From NCBI GenBank assembly GCA_964016885.1, contig OZ024755.1, positions 40,734,001 to 40,798,000 of the forward strand: a DNA stretch of 64,000 nucleotides. Direction: 5' to 3'. Shown here piece by piece: positions 1 to 14,600 of the stretch. The stretch is from Eledone cirrhosa. Taxonomy: Eukaryota. Position 1 is the stretch's first letter. Each line of letters starts with the position of its first letter. The notes below the pieces were generated by a model that did no database searches, had not been told where the DNA came from, and saw only the letters and a program-made list of their open reading frames with translations. A program made the position numbers and the translations under genes.

Positions 1-3000
1 ACCATATTTCTAATGAAACACACCGTCTATGTCTTTAACCCTTCCATTACCATATTTCTAATGAAAGACACTGTATATGTCATTAACCCTTCCATTACCA
101 TATTTCTAATGAAAGACACTGTATATGTCATTAACCCTTCCATTACCAGATTTCTAATGAAAGACACCGTCTATGTCATTAACCCTTCCATTACCATATT
201 TCTAATGAAAGACACCGTCTATGTCTTTAACCCTTCCATTACCATATTTCTAATGAAAGACACCGTCTAGGTCATTAACCCCTCCATTACCATATTTCTA
301 ATGAAAGACACTGTCTAGTCATTAACCCTTTTATTACCATATTTCTAATGAAAGACACTGTCTATGTCATTAACCCTTCCATTACCATATTTCTAATGAA
401 AGACACTGTCTATGTCATTAACCTTTTCATTACCATATTTCTAATGAAAGACACCGTCTATGTCTTTAACACTTTCATTACCATATTTCTAATGAAAGAC
501 ACCGTCTATGTCATTAATCCTTTCATTACCAGATTTCTATTGAAAGACACCGTCTATGTCTTTAACCCTTCCATTACCATATTTCTAATGAAAGACACTG
601 TATATGTCATTAACCCTTCCATTACCAGATTTCTAATGAAAGACACTATATATGTCATTAACCCTTCCATTACCATATTTCTAATGAAAGACACTGTCTA
701 TGTCATTAACCCTTCCATTACCATATTTGTAATGAAAGACACTGTATATGTCATTAACCCTTCCATTACCATATTTCTAATGAAAGACACTGTCTATGTC
801 ATTAACCCTTCCATTAACAGATTTCTAATGAAAGACACTGTATATGTCATTAACCCTTCCATTACCATATTTCTAATACAAGACACTGTCTATGTCTTTA
901 ACCCTCTCATTACCATATTTCTAATAAAAGACACCGTCTATGTCTTTAACCTTTTCATTACCATATTTCTAATAAAAGACACCGTCTATGTCACTAACCC
1001 TTTCATTACCATATTTCTAATAAAAGACACCGTCTATGTCTTTAACCCTTTCATTACCATATTTCTAATAAAATACACCGTCTATGTAATTAACCCTTTC
1101 ATTACCATATTTCTAATGAAAGACACCGTCTATGTCTTTAACCCTTCCATTACCATATTTCTAATGAAAGACACTATCTATGTCATTAACCCTTCCATTA
1201 CCAGATTTCTAATGAAAGACACTGTGTATGTCATTAACCCTTCCATTACCATATTTCTAATGAAAGACACCGTCTATGTCTTTAACCCTTCCATTACCAT
1301 ATTTCTAATGAAAGACACTGTATATGTCATTAACCCTTCCATTACCATATTTCTAATGAAAGACACTGTCTATGTCATTAACCCTTCCATTACCATATTT
1401 CTAATGAAAGACACTGTCTATGTCATTAACCCTTCCATTACCAGATTTCTAATGAAAGACACTGTATATGTCATTAACCCTTCCATTACCAGAATACTAA
1501 TGAAAGACACTGTATATGTCATTAACCCTTCCATTACAATATTTCTAATGAAAGACACTGTCTATGTCATTAACCCTTCCATTACCATATTTCTAATAAA
1601 AGACACCGTCTATGTCTTTAACCCTTCCATTACCATATTTCTAATGAAAAACACTGTCTATGTCATTAACCCTTTCATTACCATATTTCTAATGAAAGAC
1701 ACTGTCTATGTCATTAACCCTTCCATTACCAGATTTCTAATGAAAGACACTGTATATGTCATTAACCCTTCCATTACCAGAATACTAATGAAAGACACTG
1801 TATATGTCATTAACCCTACCATTACAATATTTCTAATGAAAGACACTGTCTATGTCATTAACCCTTTCATTACCATGTTTCTAATAAAAGACACTGTCTA
1901 TATCTTTAACCCTTTCATTACCATATTTCTAATAAAAGACACCGTCTATGTCTTTAACCCTTTCATTACCATATTTCTAATAAAAGACACCGTCTATGTC
2001 ATTAACCCTTTCATTACCATATTTCTAATGAAAGACACCGTCTATGTCTTTAAACCTTTCATTACCATATTTCTAATGAAAAACACCGTCTATGTCATTA
2101 ACCCTTCCATTACAATATTTCTATTGAAAGACACTGCCTATGTCAGTAACCCTTTCATTACCATATTTCTAATGAAAGACACCGTCTATGTCATTAACCC
2201 TTTCATTACCATATTTCTAATAAAACACACTGTCAATGTCATTAACCCTTTCATTACCATATTTCTAATGAAAGACACTGTCTATGTCATTAACCCTTTT
2301 ATTGCCATATTTCTAATGAACGACACTGTCTATGTCATTAACCCTTTCGTTACCATATTTCTAATGAAAGACACTGTCTATGTCATTAACACTTTCATTA
2401 CCATATTTCTAATGAAAAACACCGTCTATGTCATTAACCCTTTCATTACCATATTTCTAATGAAAGACACTGTCTATGTCATTAACACTTTCATTACCAT
2501 ATTTCTAATGAAAAACACCGTCTATGTCATTAACCCTTTCATTACCATATTTCTAATGAAAGACACTGTCTATGTCATTAACCCTTTCATTACCATATTT
2601 CTAATGAAAAACACCGTCTATGTCATTAACCCTTCCATTACCATATTTCTAATGAAAGACACTGTCTAAGTCATTAACCCTTTCATTACCATATTTCTAA
2701 TAAAAGACGCTGTCTATGTCTTTAACCCTTTCATTACCATATTTCTAATGAAAAACACCGTCTATGTCATTAACCCTTCCATTACCATATTTCTATTGAA
2801 AGACACTGCCTATGTCATTAACCCTTTCATTACCATATTTCTAATGAAAGACACCGTCTATGTCATTAACCCTTTCATTATCATATTTCTAATAAAAGAC
2901 ACTGTCAATGTCATTAACCCTTTCATTACCATATTTCTAATGAAAGACACTGTCTATGTCATTAACCCTTTTATTGCCATATTTCTAATGAACGACACTG

Positions 3001-6000
3001 TCTATGTCATTAACCCTTTCATTACCATATTTCTAATTGAAGACACTGTCTATGTCATTACCACTTTCATTACCATATTTCTAATGAAAGACACTGTCTA
3101 TGTCATTAACCCTTTCATTACCATATTTCTAATGAAAGACACTGCCTATGTCATTAACCCTTTTATTACAATATTTCTAATGAAAGACACTGTCTATGTC
3201 ATTAACACTTTCATTAAAATATTTCTAATAAAAGACACTGTCTATGTCTTTAACCCTTTCATTACCATATTTCTAATAAAAGACACCGTCTATGTCATTA
3301 ACCCTTTCATTACCATATTTCTAATGAAAGACACTGTCTATGTCATTAAACCTTCCATTACCATATTTCTAATAAAAGACACCGTCTATGTCATTAACCC
3401 TTTCATTACCATATTTATAATGAAAGACACTGTCTATGTCATTAACCCTTTCATTACCGTATTTCTAATAAAAGACACTGTCTATGTCTTTAACCCTTTC
3501 ATTACCATATTTCTAATAAAAGACACCGTCTATGTCTTTAACCTTTTCGTTACCATATTTCTAATAAAAGACACCGTCTATGTCATTAACCCTTTGATTA
3601 CCATATTTCTAATAAAAGACACCGTCTATGTCTTTAACCCTTTCATTACCATATTTCTAATAAAAGACACCGTCTATGTCTTTAACCCTTTCATTACCAT
3701 ATTTCTAATAAAAGACACTGTCTACGTCATTAACCCTTTCATTACCATATTTCTAATAAAAGACACCGTCTATGTCATTAACCCTTTCATTACCATATTT
3801 CTAATGAAAGACACTGTCTATGTCATTAACCCTTTCATTACCATATTTCTAATAAAAGACACTGTCTATGTCTTTAACCCCTTCATTACTATATTTCTAA
3901 TAAAAGACACCGTCTATGTCTTTAACCCTTTCATTACCATATTTCTAATAAAAGACACCGTCTATGTCATTAACCCTTTCATTAGCATATTGCTAATGAA
4001 AGACACTGTCTATGTCATTAACCCTTTCATTACCATATTTCTAATGAAATACACCGTCTATGTCTTTAACACTTTCATTACCATATTTCTAATGAAAGAC
4101 ACTGTATATGTCATTAACCCTTCCATTACCATTTTTCTAATGAAAGACACCGTCTACGTCATTAACCATTACATTACCATATTTCTAATGAAAGACACCG
4201 TCTATGTCTTTAACCCTTCCATCAATATATTTCTAATGAAGACACTGTCTATGTCATTAACCCTTCCATTACCATATTTCTAATGAAAGACACTGTATAT
4301 GTCATTAACCCTTCCATTACCAGATTTCTAATGAAAGACACTGTATATGTCATTAACCCTTCCATTACCATATTTCTAATGAAACACACCGTCTATGTCT
4401 TTAACCCTTCCATTACCATATTTCTAATGAAAGACACTGTATATGTCATTAACCCTTCCATTACCATATTTCTAATGAAAGACACTGTATATGTCATTAA
4501 CCCTTCCATTACCAGATTTCTAATGAAAGACACCGTCTATGTCATTAACCCTTCCATTACCATATTTCTAATGAAAGACACCGTCTATGTCTTTAACCCT
4601 TCCATTACCATATTTCTAATGAAAGACACCGTCTAGGTCATTAACCCCTCCATTACCATATTTCTAATGAAAGACACTGTCTAGTCATTAACCCTTTTAT
4701 TACCATATTTCTAATGAAAGACACTGTCTATGTCATTAACCCTTCCATTACCATATTTCTAATGAAAGACACTGTCTATGTCACTAACCTTTTCATTACC
4801 ATATTTCTAATGAAAGACACCGTCTATGTCTTTAACACTTTCATTACCATATTTCTAATGAAAGACACCGGCTATGTCATTAATCCTTTCATTACCAGAT
4901 TTCTATTGAAAGACACCGTCTATGTCTTTAACCCTTCCATTACCATATTTCTAATGAAAGACACTGTATATGTCATTAACCCTTCCATTACCAGATTTCT
5001 AATGAAAGACACTATATATGTCATTAACCCTTCCATTACCATATTTCTAATGAAAGACACTGTCTATGTCATTAACCCTTCCATTACCATATTTGTAATG
5101 AAAGACACTGTATATGTCATTAACCCTTCCATTACCATATTTCTAATGAAAGACACTGTCTATGTCATTAACCCTTCCATTAACAGATTTCTAATGAAAG
5201 ACACTGTATATGTCATTAACCCTTCCATTACCATATTTCTAATACAAGACACTGTCTATGTCTTTAACCCTCTCATTACCATATTTCTAATAAAAGACAC
5301 CGTCTATGTCTTTAACCTTTTCATTACCATATTTCTAATAAAAGACACCGTCTATGTCATTAACCCTTTCATTACCATATTTCTAATAAAAGACACCGTC
5401 TATGTCTTTAACCCTTTCATTACCATATTTCTAATAAAAGACACCGGCTATGTCTTTAACCCTTACATTACCATATTTCTAATAAAAGACACTGTCTATG
5501 TCATTAACCCTTTCATTACCATATTTCTAATATAAGACACTGTCTATGTCATACCATATTTCTAATAAAAGACACCGTCTATGTCATCAACCCTTTCATT
5601 ACCATATTTCTAATAAAAGACACCGTCTATGTCATTAACCCTTTCATTACCATATTGCTAATGAAAGACACTATCTATGTCTTTAACCCTTTCATTACCA
5701 TATTTCTAATAAAAGACACCGTCTATGTCATTAACCCTTTCATTACCATATTTCTAATGAAAGACACTGTCTATGTCATTAACCCTTTCATTACCATATT
5801 TCTAATAAAAGACACCGTCTATGTCATTAACCCTTTCATTACCATATTTCTAATGAAAGACACTGTCTATGTCATTAACCCTTTCATTACCATATTTCTA
5901 ATAAAAGACACTGTCTATGTCTTTAACCCTTTCATTACCATATTTCTAATAAAAGACACCGTCTATGTCTTTAACCCTTTCATTACCATATTTCTAATAA

Positions 6001-9000
6001 AAGACACCGTCTATGTCATTAACCCTTTCATTACCATATTGCTAATGAAAGACACTGTCTATGTCATTAACCCTTTCATTACCATATTTCTAATGAAATA
6101 CACCGTCTATGTCTTTAACATTTTCATTACCATATTTCTAATGAAAGACACCGTCTATGTCATTAACCCTTCCATTACCGGATTTCTAATGAAAGACACT
6201 GTATATGTCATTAACCCTTCCATTACCATTTTTCTAATGAAAGACACCGTCTACGTCATTAACCCTTACATTACCATATTTCTAATGAAAGACACCGTCT
6301 ATGTCTTTAACCCTTCCATCAACATATTTCTAATGAAAGACACTGTCTATGTCATTAACCCTTCCATTACCATATTTCTAATGAAAGACACTGTATATGT
6401 CATTAACCCTTCCATTACCAGATTTCTAATGAAAGACACTGTATATGTCATTAACCCTTCCATTACCATATTTCTAATGAAAGACACCGTCTATGTCATT
6501 AACCCTTCCATTACCATATTTCTAATGAAAGACACCGTCTATGTCTTTAACCCTTCCATTACCATATTTCTAATGAAAGACACTGTATATGTCATTAACC
6601 CTTCCATTACCATATTTCTAATGAAAGACACTGTATATGTCATTAACCCTTCCATTACCAGATTTCTAATGAAAGACACCGTCTATGTCATTAACCCTTC
6701 CATTACCATATTTCTAATGAAAGACACCGTCTATGTCTTTAACCCTTCCATTACCATATTTCTAATGAAAGACACCGTCTAGGTCATTAACCCCTCCATT
6801 ACCATATTTCTAATGAAAGACACTGTCTAGTCATTAACCCTTTTATTACCATATTTCTAATGAACGACACTGTCTATGTCATTAACCCTTCCATTACCAT
6901 ATTTCTAATGAAAGACACTGTCTATGTCATTAACCTTTTCATTACCATATTTCTAATGAAAGACACCGTCTATGTCTTTAACACTTTCATTACCATATTT
7001 CTAATGAAAGACACCATCTATGTCATTAATCCTTTCATTACCAGATTTCTATTGAAAGCCACCGTCTATGTCTTTAACCCTTCCATTACCATATTTCTAA
7101 TGAAAGACACTGTCTATGTCATTAACCCTTCCATTACCAGATTTCTAATGAAAGACACTATATATGTCATTAACCCTTCCATTACCATATTTCTTATGAA
7201 AGACACTGTCTATGTCATTAACCCTTCCATTACCATATTTGTAATGAAAGACACTGTATATGTCATTAACCCTTCCATTACCATATTTCTAATGAAAGAC
7301 ACTGTCTATGTCATTAATCCTTCCATTAACAGATTTCTAATGAAAGACACTGTATATGTCATTAACCCTTCCATTACCATATTTCTAATAAAAGACACTG
7401 TCTATGTCTTTAACCCTTTCATTACCATATTTCTAATAAAAGACACCGTCTATGTCTTTAACCTTTTCATTACCATATTTCTAATAAAAGACACCGTCTA
7501 TGTCATTAACCCTTTCATTACCATATTTCTAATAAAAGACACCGTCTATGTCTTTAACCCTTTCATTACCATATTTCTAATAAAAGACACCGTCTATGTC
7601 TTTAACCCTTACATTACCATATTTCTAATAAAAGACACTGTCTATGTCATTAACCCTTTCATTACCATATTTCTAATAAAATACACTGTCTATGTCTTAC
7701 CATATTTCTAATAAAAGACACCGTCTATGTCATCAACCCTTTCATTACCATATTTCTAATAAAAGACACCGTCTATGTCATTAACCCTTTCATTACCATA
7801 TTGCTAATGAAAGACACTATCTATGTCTTTAACCCTTTCATTACCATATTTCTAATAAAAGACACCGTCTATGTCATTAACCCTTTCATTACCATATTTC
7901 TAATGAAAGACACTGTCTATGTCATTAACCCTTCCATTACCATATTTCTAATGAAAGACACTGTCTATGTCATTAACCCTTCCATTAACAGATTTCTAAT
8001 GAAAGACACTGTATATGTCATTAACCCTTCCATTACCATATTTCTAATACAAGACACTGTCTATGTCTTTAACCCTCTCATTACCATATTTCTAATAAAA
8101 GACACCGTCTATGTCTTTAACCTTTTCATTACCATATTTCTAATAAAAGACACCGTCTATGTCATTAACCTTTTCATTACCATATTTCTAATAAAAGACA
8201 CCGTCTATGTCTTTAACCCTTTCATTACCATATTTCTAATAAAAGACACCGTCTATGTCTTTAACCCTTACATTACCATATTTCTAATAAAAGACACTGT
8301 CTATGTCATTAACCCTTTCATTACCATATTTCTAATAAAAGACACTGTCTATGTCATACCATATTTCTAATAAAAGACACCGTCTATGTCATCAACCCTT
8401 TCATTACCATATTTCTAATAAAAGACACCGTCTATGTCATTAACCCTTTCATTACCATATTGCTAATGAAAGACACTATCTATGTCTTTAACCCTTTCAT
8501 TACCATATTTCTAATAAAAGACACCGTCTATGTCATTAACCCTTTCATTACCATATTTCTAATGAAAGACACTGTCTATGTCATTAACCCTTTCATTACC
8601 ATATTTCTAATAAAAGACACCGTCTATGTCATTAACCCTTTCATTACCATATTTCTAATGAAAGACACTGTCTATGTCATTAACCCTTTCATTACCATAT
8701 TTCTAATAAAAGACACTGTCTATGTCTTTAAACCTTTCATTACCATATTTCTAATAAAAGACACCGTCTATGTCTTTAACCCTTTCATTACCATATTTCT
8801 AATAAAAGACACCGTCTATGTCATTAACCCTTTCATTACCATATTGCTAATGAGAGACACTGTCTATGTCATTAACCCTTTCATTACCATATTTCTAATG
8901 AAATACACCGTCTATGTCTTTAACACTTTCATTACCATATTTCTAATGAAAGACACCGTCTATGTCATTAACCCTTCCATTACCGGATTTCTAATGAAAG

Positions 9001-11639
9001 ACACTGTATATGTCATTAACCCTTCCATTACCATTTTTCTAATGAAAGACACCGTCTACGTCATTAACCCTTACATTACCATATTTCTAATGAAAGACAC
9101 CGTCTATGTCTTTAACCCTTCCATCAACATATTTCTAATGAAAGACACTGTCTATGTCATTAACCCTTCCATTACCATATTTCTAATGAAAGACACTGTA
9201 TATGTCATTAACCCTTCCATTACCAGATTTCTAATGAAAGACACTGTATATGTCATTAACCCTTCCATTACCATATTTCTAATGAAAGACACCGTCTATG
9301 TCATTAACCCTTCCATTACCATATTTCTAATGAAAGACACCGTCTATGTCTTTAACCCTTCCATTACCATATTTCTAATGAAAGACACTGTATATGTCAT
9401 TAACCCTTCCATTACCATATTTCTAATGAAAGACACTGTATATGTCATTAACCCTTCCATTACCAGATTTCTAATGAAAGACACCGTCTATGTCATTAAC
9501 CCTTCCATTACCATATTTCTAATGAAAGACACCGTCTATGTCTTTAACCCTTCCATTACCATATTTCTAATGAAAGACACCGTCTAGGTCATTAACCCCT
9601 CCATTACCATATTTCTAATGAAAGACACTGTCTAGTCATTAACCCTTTTATTACCATATTTCTAATGAAAGACACTGTCTATGTCATTAACCCTTCCATT
9701 ACCATATTTCTAATGAAAGACACTGTCTATGTCATTAACCTTTTCATTACCATATTTCTAATGAAAGACACCGTCTATGTCTTTAACACTTTCATTACCA
9801 TATTTCTAATGAAAGACACCGTCTATGTCATTAATCCTTTCATTACCAGATTTCTATTGAAAGACACCGTCTATGTCTTTAACCCTTCCATTACCATATT
9901 TCTAATGAAAGACACTGTCTATGTCATTAACCCTTCCATTACCAGATTTCTAATGAAAGACACTATATATGTCATTAACCCTTCCATTACCATATTTCTT
10001 ATGAAAGACACTGTCTATGTCATTAACCCTTCCATTACCATATTTGTAATGAAAGACACTGTATATGTCATTAACCCTTCCATTACCATATTTCTAATGA
10101 AAGACACTGTCTATGTCATTAACCCTTCCATTAACAGATTTCTAATGAAAGACACTGTATATGTCATTAACCCTTCCATTACCATATTTCTAATAAAAGA
10201 CACTGTCTATGTCATTAACCCTTTCATTACCATATTTCTAATAAAAGACACTGTCTATGTCTTTAACCCTTTCATTACCATATTTCTAATAAAAGACACC
10301 GTCTATGTCATCAACCCTTTCATTACCATATTTCTAATAAAAGACACCGTCTATGTCATTAACCCTTTCATTACCATATTTCTAATGAAAGACACTGTCT
10401 ATGTCATTAACCCTTTCATTACCATATTTCTAATAAAAGACACCGTCTATGTCATTAACCCTTTCATTACCATATTTCTAATGAAAGACACTGTCTATGT
10501 CATTAACCCTTTCATTACCATATTTCTAATAAAAGACACTGTCTATGTCTTTAAACCTTTCATTACCATATTTCTAATAAAAGACACCGTCTATGTCTTT
10601 AACCCTTTCATTACCATATTTCTAATAAAAGACACCGTCTATGTCATTAACCCTTTCATTACCATATTGCTAATGAAAGACACTGTCTATGTCATTAACC
10701 CTTTCATTACCATATTTCTAATGAAATACACCGTCTATGTCTTTAACACTTTCATTACCATATTTCTAATGAAAACACCGTCTATGTCATTAACCCTTCC
10801 ATTACCGGATTTCTAATGAAAGACACTGTATATGTCATTAACCCTTCCATTACCATTTTTCTAATGAAAGACACCGTCTACGTCATTAACCCTTACATTA
10901 CCATATTTCTAATGAAAGACACCGTCTATGTCTTTAACCCTTCCATCAACATATTTCTAATGAAAGACACTGTCTATGTCATTAACCCTTCCATTACCAT
11001 ATTTCTAATGAAAGACACTGTATATGTCATTAACCCTTCCATTACCAGATTTCTAATGAAAGACACTGTATATGTCATTAACCCTTCCATTACCATATTT
11101 CTAATGAAAGACACCGTCTATGTCATTAACCCTTCCATTACCATATTTCTAATAAAGACACCGTCTATGTCTTTAACCCTTCCATTACCATATTTCTAAT
11201 GAAAGACACTGTATATGTCATTAACCCTTCCATTACCATATTTCTAATGAAAGACACTGTATATGTCATTAACCCTTCCATTACCAGATTTCTAATGAAA
11301 GACACCGTCTATGTCATTAACCCTTCCATTACCATATTTCTAATGAAAGACACCGTCTATGTCTTTAACCCTTCCATTACCATATTTCTAATGAAAGACA
11401 CCGTCTAGGTCATTAACCCCTCCATTACCATATTTCTAATGAAAGACACTGTCTAGTCATTAACCCTTTTATTACCATATTTCTAATGAAAGACACTGTC
11501 TATGTCATTAACCCTTCCATTACCATATTTCTAATGAAAGACACTGTCTATGTCATTAACCTTTTCATTACCATATTTCTAATGAAAGACACCGTCTATG
11601 TCTTTAACACTTTCATTACCATATTTCTAATGAAAGACA

Positions 11640-14600
11640 CCGTCTATGTCATTAATCCTTTCATTACCAGATTTCTATTGAAAGACACCGTCTATGTCTT
11701 TAACCCTTCCATTACCATATTTCTAATGAAAGACACTGTCTATGTCATTAACCCTTCCATTACCAGATTTCTAATGAAAGACACTATATATGTCATTAAC
11801 CCTTCCATTACCATATTTCTTATGAAAGACACTGTCTATGTCATTAACCCTTCCATTACCATATTTGTAATGAAAGACACTGTATATGTCATTAACCCTT
11901 CCATTACCATATTTCTAATGAAAGACACTGTCTATGTCATTAACCCTTCCATTAACAGATTTCTAATGAAAGACACTGTATATGTCATTAACCCTTCCAT
12001 TACCATATTTCTAATAAAAGACACTGTCTATGTCTTTAACCCTTTCATTACCATATTTCTAATAAAAGACACCGTCTATGTCTTTAACCTTTTCATTACC
12101 ATATTTCTAATAAAAGACACCGTCTATGTCATTAACCCTTTCATTACCATATTTCTAATAAAAGACACCGTCTATGTCTTTAACCCTTTCATTACCATAT
12201 TTCTAATAAAAGACACCGTCTATGTCTTTAACCCTTACATTACCATATTTCTAATAAAAGACACTGTCTATGTCATTAACCCTTTCATTACCATATTTCT
12301 AATAAAAGACACTGTCTATGTCTTACCATATTTCTAATAAAAGACACCGTCTATGTCATCAACCCTTTCATTACCATATTTCTAATAAAAGACACCGTCT
12401 ATGTCATTAACCCTTTCATTACCATATTGCTAATGAAAGACACTATCTATGTCTTTAACCCTTTCATTACCATATTTCTAATAAAAGACACCGTCTGTGT
12501 CATTAACCCTTTCATTACCATATTTCTAATGAAAGACACTGTCTATGTCATTAACCCTTTCATTACCATATTTCTAATAAAAGACACAGTCTATGTCATT
12601 AACCCTTTCATTACCATATTTCTAATGAAAGACACTGTCTATGTCATTAACCCTTTCATTACCATATTTCTAATAAAAGACACCGTCCATGTCTTTAACC
12701 CTTTCATTACCATATTTCTAATAAAAGACACCGTCTATGTCATTAACCCTTTCATTACCATATTGCTAATGAAAGACACTGTCTATGTCATTAACCCTTT
12801 CATTACCAGATTTCTAATGAAAGACACTGTATATGTCATTAACCCTTCCATTACCATATTTCTAATGAAAGACACCGTCTACGTCATTAACCCTTACATT
12901 ACCATATTTCTAATGAAAGACACCGTCTATGTCTTTAACCCTTCCATCAACATATTTCTAATGAAAGACACTGTCTATGTCATTAACCCTTCCATTACCA
13001 TATTTCTAATGAAAGACACTGTATATGTCATTAACCCTTCCATTACCAGATTTCTAATGAAAGACACCGTCTATGTCTTTAACCCTTCCATTACCATATT
13101 TCTAATGAAAGACACCGTCTATGTCTTTAACCCTTTCATTACCATATTTCTAATGAAAGACACCGTCTATGTCTTTCCATTACCATATTTCTAATGAAAG
13201 ACACTGTATCTGTCATTAACCCCTCCATTACCATATTTCTAATGAAAGACACTGTCTACGTCATTAACCCTTCCATTACCATATTGCTAATGAAAGACAC
13301 TGTCTATGTCATTAACCCTTTCATTACCAGATTTCTAATGAAAGACACTGTCTATGTCATTAACCCTTCCATTACCATATTTCTAATAAAAGACACTGTC
13401 TATGTCTTTAACCCTTTCATTACCATATTTCTAATAAAAGACACCGTCTATGTCTTTAACCTTTTCATTACCATATTTCTAATAAAAGACACCGTCTATG
13501 TCTTTAACCCTTCCATTACCATATTTCTAATGAAAGACACTGTCTATGTCATTAACCCTTCCATTACCAGATTGCTAATGAAAGACACTATATATGTCAT
13601 TAACCCTTCCATTACCATATTTCTAATGAAAGACACTGTCTATGTCATTAACCCTTCCATTAACAGATTTCTAATGAAAGACACTGTATATGTCATTAAC
13701 CCTTCCATTACCATATTTCTAATAAAAGACACTGTCTATGTCTTTAACCCTTTCATTACCATATTTCTAATAAAAGACACCGTCTATGTCTTTAACCGTT
13801 TCATTACCATATTTCTAATAAAAGACACCGTCTATGTCATTAACCCTTTCATTACCATATTTCTAATAAAAGACACCGTCTATGTCTTTAACCCTTCCAT
13901 TACCATATTTCTAATGAAAGACACTGTCTATGTCATTAACCCTTCCATTACCAGATTTCTAATGAAAGACACTATATATGTCATAAACCCTTCCATTACC
14001 ATATTTCTTATGAAAGACACTGTCTATGTCATTAACCCTTCCATTACCATATTTGTAATGAAAGACACTGTATATGTCATTAACCCTTCCATTACCATAT
14101 TTCTAATGAAAGACACTGTCTATGTCATTAACCCTTCCATTAACAGATTTCTAATGAAAGACACTGTATATGTCATTAACCCTTCCATTACCATATTTCT
14201 AATAAAAGACACTGTCTATGTCTTTAACCCTTTCATTACCATATTTCTAATAAAAGACACCGTCTATGTCTTTAACCTTTTCATTACCATATTTCTAATA
14301 AAAGACACCGTCTATGTCATTAACCCTTTCATTACCATATTTCTAATAAAAGACACCGTCTATGTCTTTAACCCTTTCATTACCATATTTCTAATAAAAG
14401 ACACCGTCTATGTCTTTAACCCTTACATTACCATATTTCTAATAAAAGACACTGTCTATGTCATTAACCCTTTCATTACCATATTTCTAATAAAAGACAC
14501 TGTCTATGTCTTACCATATTTCTAATAAAAGACACCGTCTATGTCATCAACCCTTTCATTACCATATTTCTAATAAAAGACACCGTCTATGTCATTAACC

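Noticed and set aside
80-103. Possible 12-bp ancestral subrepeat (TCATTAACCCTT / YCATTACCATAT)
   Set aside because: Only two of the four 12-mers resemble each other, which is too little to claim a 4x12 origin.
10769-11160. Two single-base deletions (atgaaaacacc near 10772 and aataaagac near 11153)
   Set aside because: Both are in or next to A-runs and absent from the paralogue at 24578-26323, so sequencing or consensus error is as likely as real variation. The same applies to atgaagac near 4238.
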